Source: a virus
Taxonomy: Duplodnaviria > Caudoviricetes
Virus record (IMG/VR): IMGVR_UViG_3300020371_000012
Span: 1 to 55,693 of that record
Strand: one strand, 5' to 3'
DNA: 55,693 nucleotides
Shown here in pieces: positions 43,501 to 51,948 of this stretch; positions within the stretch are counted from its first letter, which is position 1, and every line of letters begins with the position of its first letter. Under the pieces are notes generated by a model. The model was not told where the DNA came from, did no database searches, and saw only the letters and a program-made list of their open reading frames with translations. A program made the translations under genes and the position numbers.

Positions 43501-45717
43501 ATCCCAGGTGGTAAGGCATACGATCAATATCTATTCCCATATTATACTGGATTTGTTGATCAAGATATTGACCAAGGTTACGATGACTTTGGATTCATCA
43601 ATGCTACTACTGACTCGGTAACAAGAGTACCTTACGGTACATATGAGTTTGAACAACCCAGACCACTGGCGAAGACCATGTGGATTCCCAAGTGGAATGG
43701 TTCTGGTACTATTGTTCCTTCTGGTACTGCAAACGAAAGATTTGTTACCTCAGACGGCAACACTGTTCTCTTCGATTTTGTTGGAACAACTTCACCAGAG
43801 AAGTTTATTGCTCAGACTCCAGAAGATACAGTTCTTCTCACCTTCGCTGGTGCAGCCGAAGACGAATCGGTCACCTTCAGCGAAGTTGGAATTGGAACCG
43901 CATACTTCTCTGGTGCGGGTGTCGAGAGTGTCAGATTTGTCGAAATCGGAACTGGAATTCTTTCCTTCTCTGGTGCGGCAGTCGAGAGATCCACTATGGA
44001 TCCACCAGAAGGAACATACCTCCACATATTCAGTGGAGCCGATGTTCGTCCTGGACTTACTTTTGCTGCGGAGACAACAAAGGCAACTCAACGTCTGTAT
44101 GGGGAACTCAATCACCCACAGATCGACTTTACTCCACATTATGGTATCGACAGAAATATCGGTATCGAAACTGGTATTACTCTCAAACCTGGAAGTTCTC
44201 CTGGAGAATACGGCAATCCTGGTATTGTTACTACAAGATTTGTTCCAAAATACACTGGTGGTCCTGGTGTTGGAACAGACGGAGTTCTCCTCTTCAGTGG
44301 CAGGGCTATTGGTCGTACCAATGCACCAATCTTTACCGATGGTACAATTTACATCCTCGGTGTTCACACCGCGGCTCAAGGAATCAGTTCTGGAAGAGAG
44401 ACTGGTCTTGTCGAGAGTTTCACTCCTGGAACAATATTTGGTGGTCCTGGTCAAGTTACCTTCAAAGGTATTTCTCCAACTCGTCCAATTCAGGTCTTTG
44501 GTTATTATGGAGACGACAGAGATCCTGGTGCTGGTACATCTGGAGTTATCACAATCAATCCTTCCCAAACGGGAATCGAAATCAGATCTCTCAAAGATTA
44601 TATTGGTGTTGGAACTGCATACTTCTCTGGAGGATATTCCGATCTCTCTGCGACATTCAGCGAAATTGGAACAGGAGAACTCTTCAAGTTCTCTGCTCTA
44701 TACGAAAGAAGAACCTTCGATTATGTTGGTTCTGGTACACTTACTGCATCTGGAACAACAGATGCTCCAAGTACCTTCCAGACTCCAGACAATACAGTTC
44801 TATTCACAGTTTCTGGAGAGGCACAAAAACGTGCCTCCCTCAAGGACGACATGGGTGGAACGATTTCCATCTACAATACGGAAAGAGTTGTTACTGGAAT
44901 TACTCTTTCCATTGCAACTGGAGGCACATTCAGTTTCTTCTCCAGTGGTGCAGAATCTATTGTTATTCCTTCGGAGACCACTACGGCTCTCTTCGATATC
45001 GAAGGAATTGCCGATACCAGAGAAATTCAGGTCTACGGTTACTACGGAGATGATAGAGATCCTGGTACATCTGGAACTATCACAATTGTTGGTGAACTCA
45101 CTCACCCACAGATCGACTTCACTCCTGCCGAGACTGGATTTGGAGATCTCACTTTCGTTGGCGAATCTATCGTCAAGGTCGATCTCAAGATCGTCGGAAA
45201 AGGAACTCTTCCACTATCTGGTACTGCAACGGAGAAATTCGTCAGTGCCGCGGGCGAAGATACGATTCTCTTCTCCATCGATGGGGACGGAGAAACTGCT
45301 CTCAATTCTGTATATGGTTACTACGGAGACGACAAGGATCCTGGTACATCTGGTCAGGCTACATTCTCTGGAATCGGAGATACCAGAAAGATTACCGTAT
45401 ACGGATACTACGGAGACGACAAGGATCCTGGTACATCGGGAACATTTACATTCTCGAACACTCCACTTGTTCATCCAGAAGTCGATTACACTCCACACTA
45501 TACAGCCAGAGGAGTTATCAACTTCACTGGCGGCGTTTCTGTCAAGAGAACTTTCCCAGAGGTTGTTGGTTCTGGATCGCTCTTCGGATTTGGAACAAAA
45601 GACGAAGCGTATGCGAGAACAACATACGTCGGTATCGGTGTTGCAGGGTTCTTCGGAGCTGCATTTACAGAGACAGTTGCATTTGAACCATCTCGCGTAT
45701 ACGTTACTATCATTTAA
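40588..45717 (+). CDS. Large acidic, Gly/Thr-rich virion (fibre-like) protein, 1709 aa
   Basis: Long ORF in the tail region with ED[YW]G repeats, GSG.L.F.G repeats and 4 x GYYGDD[RK]DPG..TSG. Confidence 0.85.
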   Translation: MAVYVYDENKVDVFVAEDAGSVTASATITADYGNISDTADDDRGADNFNPWYFGLITDLADVLPFGKLDVGGEAEPLIAPQVPGGGLFRIEDIAEVSYVTPWRGSGTLFEIGGGLERLVIPDLGAAGPSPSIYGQAHESNTFVEIGSGTLAQLSDEGATAKFNRYPWDASGTLTLSGYNSTRFPDDFIAVIKNVAKVKGKAHDRVIFDYSLDPDTKFDAENYGFVFNTAGGKFSDTEDLTFDRIITKNKDRSFSDDDQLAYEDYGDITVSTQEKVLPVDILPDDLANYEVSYSRTSILDSGSGTGATGGFNIGRHVKFGNAGGARQFYWRFDTTDSEYIKFTAIRGNDVNGGEDPDTAQESLYLDRWTGSSWIRIDTVIAFNDTSFNSLKEVSIPLTPANRGNYFYRLRQDNSSNSAQWDHYGITSITYDLRQTFPIDTEDGGFIERKLGGGLFMHDYQATGIRAQEAIPFAYLGLGSLFSLGELDPEKDVDQVFAYAGSGGFNVTGENFFSQAPQSTIFGEEGEFSFGGSATEAFVPATVDNTVLFNQVGSADDKVIWQAGERKVTIRPIGFGSVLLSDTPPTNTATLSVSGAATNIERTFADGNVNLFDIGGDAGNPLDSRFTPHFRSARGDIILPDEDWGLITNSATEFEDWGYIREVATTSLVFGDILSPFNYIQIGGQHYPSTDTFSVGESSLTKQTLGFTGIATFRLSEDSSQERTFDYESSGITGIATYKAGINIFGYNWFSQAPQSTVFGLEGELTLSGSAGESITPFIEPQGTDGNFRFLTGSAEIVRDSITRAVAPELLGDVYIGGTADIGFSPAVTGVGIATLRTGREEFQTYLRIIDPDMDLVLTTIGGGLINEDFVKSYNESSIYYGPQDEDYGSILSAAAYGMGLNFSGTASNVETFDDETNTYDQDVLFSNNGLTYDQSTGGNTVLPSFDKTDSFPVNFSTTVVSEDLGSINEGIPIPGGKAYDQYLFPYYTGFVDQDIDQGYDDFGFINATTDSVTRVPYGTYEFEQPRPLAKTMWIPKWNGSGTIVPSGTANERFVTSDGNTVLFDFVGTTSPEKFIAQTPEDTVLLTFAGAAEDESVTFSEVGIGTAYFSGAGVESVRFVEIGTGILSFSGAAVERSTMDPPEGTYLHIFSGADVRPGLTFAAETTKATQRLYGELNHPQIDFTPHYGIDRNIGIETGITLKPGSSPGEYGNPGIVTTRFVPKYTGGPGVGTDGVLLFSGRAIGRTNAPIFTDGTIYILGVHTAAQGISSGRETGLVESFTPGTIFGGPGQVTFKGISPTRPIQVFGYYGDDRDPGAGTSGVITINPSQTGIEIRSLKDYIGVGTAYFSGGYSDLSATFSEIGTGELFKFSALYERRTFDYVGSGTLTASGTTDAPSTFQTPDNTVLFTVSGEAQKRASLKDDMGGTISIYNTERVVTGITLSIATGGTFSFFSSGAESIVIPSETTTALFDIEGIADTREIQVYGYYGDDRDPGTSGTITIVGELTHPQIDFTPAETGFGDLTFVGESIVKVDLKIVGKGTLPLSGTATEKFVSAAGEDTILFSIDGDGETALNSVYGYYGDDKDPGTSGQATFSGIGDTRKITVYGYYGDDKDPGTSGTFTFSNTPLVHPEVDYTPHYTARGVINFTGGVSVKRTFPEVVGSGSLFGFGTKDEAYARTTYVGIGVAGFFGAAFTETVAFEPSRVYVTII
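43653..45053 (+). other. Candidate overprinted -1-frame ORF (466 open codons, GTG at 43680, ends TGA-TAG)
   Basis: The ORF track shows 43680..45053 and 43643..45751 overlapping the main ORF, so all three + frames are open. Upstream, -1-frame stops are frequent. Confidence 0.45.
44491..45441 (+). repeat. Four dispersed copies of a GYYGDD(R/K)DPG(AG)TSG-encoding repeat
   Basis: Copies at about 44491-44544, 45028-45075, 45310-45354 and 45397-45441. Confidence 0.85.
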
Positions 45718-45720
45718 CTT

Positions 45721-45728
45721 TATAAATA
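45721..45728 (+). promoter_or_regulatory. T4-type late promoter
   Basis: TATAAATA upstream of ATG 45762. Confidence 0.8.
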
Positions 45729-45761
45729 ACTCAGAAGCATACCTTTCATAAGTTCTGATTC

Positions 45762-46220
45762 ATGACAAAGCAGGTTCAATTTAGAAAGGGAACTACAGCT
45801 GAACACTTTAACTTCACTGGAGCCCTTGCTGAAATTACTGTTGATACGGATAAAAATGTTGCTGTTGTTCATGATGGTGTAACTCCTGGTGGTTTTGAAC
45901 TTTCAAAATCAAGATGGACTTACGTTGCAGGCGATACTACAACTGGTACTAACCAAAAGTATACCGTTGATTCTACGTATAGTCCAACAGGATTAAACGT
46001 TACCCTACCAACACCTCGTGCAGTTGGTGACTGGGTTTGGATTGAAGACTTTGGTAATTTTATGAGTATCAATCCAGTAAACATCATTTCAGATCAATCT
46101 TTTGAGAATGGTCATCTCGTTAGAGAAAGCTCACCCTTTATTATGGATGTATCTGGAGCTTCCGTAACATTCATTTGGAATGGAAGCCTTTGGAAAGTGT
46201 TCAACAATAGAGGCAGTTAA
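45762..46220 (+). CDS. Tail-fibre-associated protein with Mtd/hyaluronidase-type N-terminal domain
   Basis: QVQFRKGTTAEH..FTGALAEITVDTDK.VAVVHDGVTPGGF; its C-terminal module resembles the end of the 1479-aa protein. Confidence 0.75.
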   Translation: MTKQVQFRKGTTAEHFNFTGALAEITVDTDKNVAVVHDGVTPGGFELSKSRWTYVAGDTTTGTNQKYTVDSTYSPTGLNVTLPTPRAVGDWVWIEDFGNFMSINPVNIISDQSFENGHLVRESSPFIMDVSGASVTFIWNGSLWKVFNNRGS

Positions 46221-46222
46221 CC

Positions 46223-46627
46223 ATGGCATTAACCCTAAGTAATTCTATTTCAGGTCGTTTTGAACCCTCAGAATCATCTGGATTTTTCGTATATGCATTA
46301 AGAAGAGATGCAGAAAATATGCTGTATTTCTCCAAGGTTAGTGCTGCATCTACTGAACTAGGTGAGTTCTATCGTAACGACGGAACTGCAATTCCAGAGT
46401 TTGGTGACGGTATTGATTACGGTACATATGATGTTGGTGTTGGTAAAACATCAGTCATCCGTAATGATATTGCCACTGAGAAGAAAGCTTTAGATGATCC
46501 GAATGATAAATATCAACAGATCCGCTTTGACAGAAGGAACCTCTACTATTACATAGATGATGATGGTTTTTTCGTCATCAGGTTCAATGGACCAGATTAT
46601 GATTACAACTCTATCGGACCCAAATAA
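46223..46627 (+). CDS. Hypothetical virion protein (134 aa)
   Basis: FFVYALRRD..MLYF, DKYQQIRFDRRNLYYYIDDDGFFVIR. Confidence 0.8.
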   Translation: MALTLSNSISGRFEPSESSGFFVYALRRDAENMLYFSKVSAASTELGEFYRNDGTAIPEFGDGIDYGTYDVGVGKTSVIRNDIATEKKALDDPNDKYQQIRFDRRNLYYYIDDDGFFVIRFNGPDYDYNSIGPK

Positions 46628-46646
46628 TAATTAAAAAGGAGAAACA

Positions 46647-49600
46647 ATGGCTGAGTTTAGACTTGGAAGAGTAAAATTCAACTGGACGGGCAACTGGGCA
46701 CCTTCCAAATCCTACCTGATTGACGACATCGCCAAGTTTGGTGGTAATACTTATGTAGCGGTCGCTAACCACACTTCCACGGCAAGCACTGCTAACTTCT
46801 ATACCGACCTTGGAAATTGGAATCTACATATTGAGGGTCTGGAGCAAAGAGGTGCTTGGACTAGTGATACGTATTACAGAGTAAACGATCTCGTCACCTA
46901 TGCTAACGTAGTATATCGCGTTACTGAGGCACACACTTCTGTCGGTACATTTATCGATGAAACGAAGGTTGTTCAGTATGTCGCAGGCTTCAATGCAGAG
47001 GGGGATTGGGAACTTTCTACGGAATATCAGAAAGGCGATGTTGTTAACTACAACGGATCGTCCTATGTTGCAATTACTACTTCCGCTGCAGGATTTAACC
47101 CACCAGAGTACATCGGTTTAGGAACAGGTAGCAAGTGGAATATTCTTGCTGATGGTCTTGCTGGTGCGGCAATCACATATACTGAGGGTACATACTATAG
47201 AGGAGATATGGTCCTCTATGGTGGTAATACGTATCGCCATAAAGTTGGTGTTACTACTAACGTTTCTCCGATTCAAGTTGGCTTGGGAACTGTTGGTGAT
47301 GGCGCTCGCTTTGGATCCTCAACTTGGGATCTATTGGTCAAAGGTATCAATTTCGTTGGCAACTTCTCTACAACATTCTCATACCACCCAGGTCACGTTG
47401 TTAGATATGGATCTAACTCCTATGTCTCGGTTGGTAATTCCTTCGTAAATATTGACCCAATTGCTGGTGTAGGCACCTATTGGGAGACACTGGCTGCTGG
47501 TGACTCTGCAGCTGCACTGAACACCAAGGGTGATTTGCTCACCTATAATGGTGGTCCTACTAGAATCGGTATTGGTTCTACTGGTTACGCTCTTGCAGTT
47601 CAGTCTAATGGACTACCTGGATACGAAATTGTAGGTAACCAGACTAGAATTTACTATGTTGACTCCGAGGATGGAGTTGATACAAACAACGGTCTTGCAC
47701 CTAACCTGGCATTTAAGACTATTAAGAGGGCTTGTGCTGCTGCACGTCCTGATAATAATATCACGGACTTCCAGTATACAGCTTCCACTGGTGTTGCGAC
47801 AATCACATCTCCTGGTCACGGACTGGCTAACGTTGGTACGTTTATCCAGTTGGCTGAGATTGAGTTTGAGTGTCTGTCTGGTGGTAATGTCTTCAACATC
47901 CTGGGCATGACCTACAACAAGGCTGTTGGTCTTGCAACTATCACGGCTATTGGTCTTGGTGCTGCTCCAGAAATCGGAATCGGTGCTACTGTAAGACTAA
48001 GAAATCTTGGTGTTTCGTTCACTGGTAATGCAAACTTCGATCACCAGTTCTCCAGTGCATTGGATGATGCAGTTATCACTGGTGGTGATTACATCCACAA
48101 CTTCGTTGCTGCTCAAACTGGTGCAATCAACGTTATGACTGGATCCCTTGCAGGTTCTCAGTTAACTCCAACAAACGCTGTTTACTCTGCAACCAGTGGT
48201 GATCTGGTTATCACCGTTGGATCTCACGGTCTGTCCATTAGTGACACCATCAGCTTTGACGCTAACTCCATGACATTTACTTGTCAGATGGACGGTGGTA
48301 CTGCTAACAAGACATATCCAAGAACAACTGACCCCGCATACGGCGTCAACCTTCCAATCAACTCGATTAGTGCAAACACTTTCACAGTTAACGTTGGACC
48401 TTCTCCAATTGTAAACTTCAACGTTAATGATGCAACATATAACCAGAACACTGGTGACATCACAATGAACATCGGTGTTCACCAACTTGATGTTGGCACA
48501 TCGGTCAAACTCCGCACCGAAGGTCTGATCTTCAAGTGTTCCATGGACGGTTATCTAACCGACCACGCATATCCAAGAGCAACTGCTGGTGATGGTTCTC
48601 CTGACCCTGCATACAACACTGCTCTGTCAATTACTGCTGCAACAACTGACACTATTACGGTTAATGTTGGTACTGCAAGTTCTTCTCAGACAATTAACGG
48701 TAAGTTCCCTGCAGTTCACACTCAGGCATCTACCTTCCAGTTCCCAGTACAGGCTGTTCCCGATGCGAACTCTATCGTAGTTAACGTTGGTGTTTCTAAC
48801 ACTGATTACCTCTACGTTTCTGGTGGTACTGCATTCGTTGGTGTTACTACAACCGTCTATCCTGATAAGGTCTCCAAGTCTTACTTTGAAGTTCTTCAGG
48901 TTATTGACGCTAACACCATTAGAACTAACGTTGGTATTTCTACTATTAACCACACATATGTAAGAGGCGGTCACCTAACTGACTTGACTCCTGCTATTCT
49001 GAAACTGTCTGCTTCTCAGTTCTATGAGCAACTGCCAATTAAGGTTCCTCCTTTCACCTCGATTGTCGGTAACTCTCTGAGAGGTACTCAGGTTCTACCT
49101 GCTGCTGGTATTTCTGACGACTCTGTTACTCCTAACAACAGATCCCAGATGTTCCAAATGTCTGACGCAACTACGCTTCAGGCGCTTTCCATGAAGGGAA
49201 TGGAAGGATTCCACTATGATGATCAGGCACCTTTCGTACTCGATAACTCCAACCTAAGAACTGGTATCGGTACTACCGCTTGTGGTGTTGTTTGTGCTCT
49301 GAACCCAGATTCCCCAATTAATAACAAGTCTCCTTACGTTAAGGATTGTACTGTATTCTCCGACAACGCAACTGATTACGGTCGCTTCGGTGGTGGTGCA
49401 GTCGGCGTCTTCTGTGACGGTGGCGTCCATGACGAAGGTGCAAAATCGATGGTCTTTGACTCCTTCACCCAGGTATCTTCCGATGGTGCTGGATTCATCC
49501 TTGATAAGAGTGCAATTGCTGAGATTGTCTCCTGCTTCACATACTACTGTCAGTGGGGTTACTACTCTGGTGGTGGATCTAGAATCCGTTCCGTTGGTGG

Positions 49601-51086
49601 TAACAACTCTTACGGTGACTATGGTGTTATTGCATCTGGTTTCTCCACTGAGGAGACTCCAAGAACTGCAAGAGTCTTTGGTGAACTGATGTCCGTCAAC
49701 GGCGTCACTAAGGCAGGTACACTGGCAATCGGTGCTACAATGTTCGGTGCAACATCTGGTGCTCGTGCATGGTTCCTGAATGACCAAACTTCTGCAGATA
49801 AGATTTACTTCAAGTATCATCCTGGTTACGGTTCTGTTGGTCTTGGCACCACTGGATTCGTAGATGGTGAGATTATCTGGTTCGGTGCAGGTGGTGACAG
49901 TCAGGCTGGCGTTGGTTCCATCACAGTCTCTGGTGTTACTTCTTCCATCAGTGGTCAGAAGGGTACAATCCTTGAGGTTGACAACACTTCTGGAACACTA
50001 CTGGTTGGTGACGCAATTGGATTCACTACCGCTTCTACTTACGGTAATGATGACCTCTTCTACATCATTAACACCATTACAAACGTCTCTGCCGCTTCTA
50101 CTTACACGTATTACACAACTTCTGGCATCGCAACCGTAACATATCCTGGTCGCGCTACTCTGACAATCTCTCCAGAGAAATCTTCTGGAACATGGGATAC
50201 CAGAGAAAACAATGCTGGCGGTTCCGCAATTGATATCAGAACCCTCTTCTCGCAGTGTCGCCTAACAGGTCACGACTTCCTGAGTGTTGGTACTGGTAGT
50301 AAGGCAGAAACCAACTATCCTGATGTTGATCAAACTAGAATTATTCAGGGTAATGAGACTAACTACTTCGGTCCTGGTAAAGTCTTCTTCGTCTCTACTG
50401 ACCAAGGTGGTAACTTCAGAGTTGGTCAATTCTTCTCCGTTGACCAGTTGACTGGTCGCGCTACCTTGGACGCCTCTGCATTCAACCTGTCTGGTCTGAC
50501 TGAACTGAGACTGGGTGCAATTGGTGGTCAGGTCGGTGAGGCAATTAACGAATTCTCCTCCGACGAATTCATGTCTGGTATGTCCAACAGTGCATGTCCT
50601 ACTGAGGCTGCAGTTGCTGGATTCCTCCGCCACGGTGCGATGGGTTCCAAGGCAATGACTCCTCCAGTTGGTACTACCGCTCAAAGACCTGGCGGCGTTG
50701 ATGAAGAGTTCAACACTGGTGCTCTAAGATTTAACACCGATCTCGGTGCTCTTGAGTACTACAACGGAACTACTTGGGTACAACCTGGACTTTCCTCTTA
50801 TTCCACTCTGTCTACCTCCCAGGCAGTCGGTGCTAAGGGTAATGTCTACTTCGTCAACACCACTGGTGGTCAGATCACTGCGACTCTGCCTTCCAACCCA
50901 GACCTTGGCGATACCGTCAGATTCTACGATGTTGCCAAGACCTTTGATTCCAACAGCCTGATCATTGGACGTAACGGAAAACTGATTCAGGGTGACTCCT
51001 CTAACATGACTGTCTCGCTTGAGGGTGCGGCATTTGAACTCACCTTCTCGGGTGACTCCTACGGTTGGAGACTGTTCTCCGTCTGA
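46647..51086 (+). CDS. Tail fibre or spike with N-terminal carbohydrate-binding-like repeats and a beta-helix-like region
   Basis: AGGAG RBS; MAEFRLGRVKFNWTGNW; repeated W....Y...D.V.Y.G.SY; YYVDSEDG.D.NNG....AFKTIKRA; FYEQLPIKVPPFTSIVGNSLR; PVGTTAQRP..G.LRFNT. Confidence 0.85.
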   Translation: MAEFRLGRVKFNWTGNWAPSKSYLIDDIAKFGGNTYVAVANHTSTASTANFYTDLGNWNLHIEGLEQRGAWTSDTYYRVNDLVTYANVVYRVTEAHTSVGTFIDETKVVQYVAGFNAEGDWELSTEYQKGDVVNYNGSSYVAITTSAAGFNPPEYIGLGTGSKWNILADGLAGAAITYTEGTYYRGDMVLYGGNTYRHKVGVTTNVSPIQVGLGTVGDGARFGSSTWDLLVKGINFVGNFSTTFSYHPGHVVRYGSNSYVSVGNSFVNIDPIAGVGTYWETLAAGDSAAALNTKGDLLTYNGGPTRIGIGSTGYALAVQSNGLPGYEIVGNQTRIYYVDSEDGVDTNNGLAPNLAFKTIKRACAAARPDNNITDFQYTASTGVATITSPGHGLANVGTFIQLAEIEFECLSGGNVFNILGMTYNKAVGLATITAIGLGAAPEIGIGATVRLRNLGVSFTGNANFDHQFSSALDDAVITGGDYIHNFVAAQTGAINVMTGSLAGSQLTPTNAVYSATSGDLVITVGSHGLSISDTISFDANSMTFTCQMDGGTANKTYPRTTDPAYGVNLPINSISANTFTVNVGPSPIVNFNVNDATYNQNTGDITMNIGVHQLDVGTSVKLRTEGLIFKCSMDGYLTDHAYPRATAGDGSPDPAYNTALSITAATTDTITVNVGTASSSQTINGKFPAVHTQASTFQFPVQAVPDANSIVVNVGVSNTDYLYVSGGTAFVGVTTTVYPDKVSKSYFEVLQVIDANTIRTNVGISTINHTYVRGGHLTDLTPAILKLSASQFYEQLPIKVPPFTSIVGNSLRGTQVLPAAGISDDSVTPNNRSQMFQMSDATTLQALSMKGMEGFHYDDQAPFVLDNSNLRTGIGTTACGVVCALNPDSPINNKSPYVKDCTVFSDNATDYGRFGGGAVGVFCDGGVHDEGAKSMVFDSFTQVSSDGAGFILDKSAIAEIVSCFTYYCQWGYYSGGGSRIRSVGGNNSYGDYGVIASGFSTEETPRTARVFGELMSVNGVTKAGTLAIGATMFGATSGARAWFLNDQTSADKIYFKYHPGYGSVGLGTTGFVDGEIIWFGAGGDSQAGVGSITVSGVTSSISGQKGTILEVDNTSGTLLVGDAIGFTTASTYGNDDLFYIINTITNVSAASTYTYYTTSGIATVTYPGRATLTISPEKSSGTWDTRENNAGGSAIDIRTLFSQCRLTGHDFLSVGTGSKAETNYPDVDQTRIIQGNETNYFGPGKVFFVSTDQGGNFRVGQFFSVDQLTGRATLDASAFNLSGLTELRLGAIGGQVGEAINEFSSDEFMSGMSNSACPTEAAVAGFLRHGAMGSKAMTPPVGTTAQRPGGVDEEFNTGALRFNTDLGALEYYNGTTWVQPGLSSYSTLSTSQAVGAKGNVYFVNTTGGQITATLPSNPDLGDTVRFYDVAKTFDSNSLIIGRNGKLIQGDSSNMTVSLEGAAFELTFSGDSYGWRLFSV

Positions 51087-51125
51087 TACGTGACTATCTT
51101 TGTTATGATTTTTCTTTATCCTTCG

Positions 51126-51133
51126 TCTAAATA
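51126..51133 (+). promoter_or_regulatory. Late promoter variant
   Basis: TCTAAATA upstream of ATG 51154. Confidence 0.6.
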
Positions 51134-51153
51134 AAACTAATCTAGGATCGTAA

Positions 51154-51936
51154 ATGGCCAACTATAGATCATATAAAAAAGTCACGGCGGCCCAGGTTCC
51201 CGATGGGTCCATCACCATTGAAAAACTTGCAAATGGTGTTGGGCCTTCTTGGTGTGTAAAAACTTTCTACGGTTCACCAGGAGTTTGTACTGCTGGTTGT
51301 TGCTGTAATTGGACAGTGCCATCAGGAGTTGCTAAACTAACTTGGGAACTTTGGGGTGCTGGAGGAAATGGACACGGAGCCTGTTCCTGCAGAAGATGTC
51401 ATCACTATAGAGGTGCTGGTGGAGGTTCCTTCACAACCAAAACAATCAGTACAAACTCAGGATGTTCATATACAGTATGTGCTGCTGGAGTTTACAGATG
51501 TTGCTCTAGAGAATGTGTTGGATGTTATGGATGTGCATCATATGTTAATGGATATAACTTGAGTAATTTCTGTGCAGTTGGCGGTGGTAGAGGAGAGGCC
51601 AATACCGATTGGTCTAACCTTTGTCATTCAACAATTGCTTGTTGCGTTCAACCTGGAAGTTACAATAGTGACTTTGGAATGAATGCACATTGGCCTGGAT
51701 TCAGTGGTCACTGGAACTGCCATTGCGGTGCATCGGTAACTCAAACTTGTTCTGGTGCTGCTCCATTTATTGGAGTCGGTAACAAAACGTTCTCCAACTA
51801 CTGTTGGATTCGTTGTGGTTGCTGGACCTCTCCATACGGTGCAGGTGGACAGGGTGCAATGACTTCATATTGTGAGAGATGCTGCGGACAAGGCGGTACA
51901 GGTGGATCTGGACTCGTAAGACTCACATACATGTAA
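51154..51936 (+). CDS. Cys/Gly-rich putative tail-fibre tip protein, paralog 1
   Basis: WTVPSGV...ELWGAGGNG...GGSGLVRLTY Gly-rich fibre domain; ~28 Cys in 260 aa. Confidence 0.8.
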   Translation: MANYRSYKKVTAAQVPDGSITIEKLANGVGPSWCVKTFYGSPGVCTAGCCCNWTVPSGVAKLTWELWGAGGNGHGACSCRRCHHYRGAGGGSFTTKTISTNSGCSYTVCAAGVYRCCSRECVGCYGCASYVNGYNLSNFCAVGGGRGEANTDWSNLCHSTIACCVQPGSYNSDFGMNAHWPGFSGHWNCHCGASVTQTCSGAAPFIGVGNKTFSNYCWIRCGCWTSPYGAGGQGAMTSYCERCCGQGGTGGSGLVRLTYM

Positions 51937-51948
51937 TAGAGGGAATCA

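Noticed and set aside
43792-44568. 258-aa minus-strand ORF in the stop desert
   Set aside because: It is the codon-aligned antisense frame, which is commonly open, and similar shadows occur across the window.
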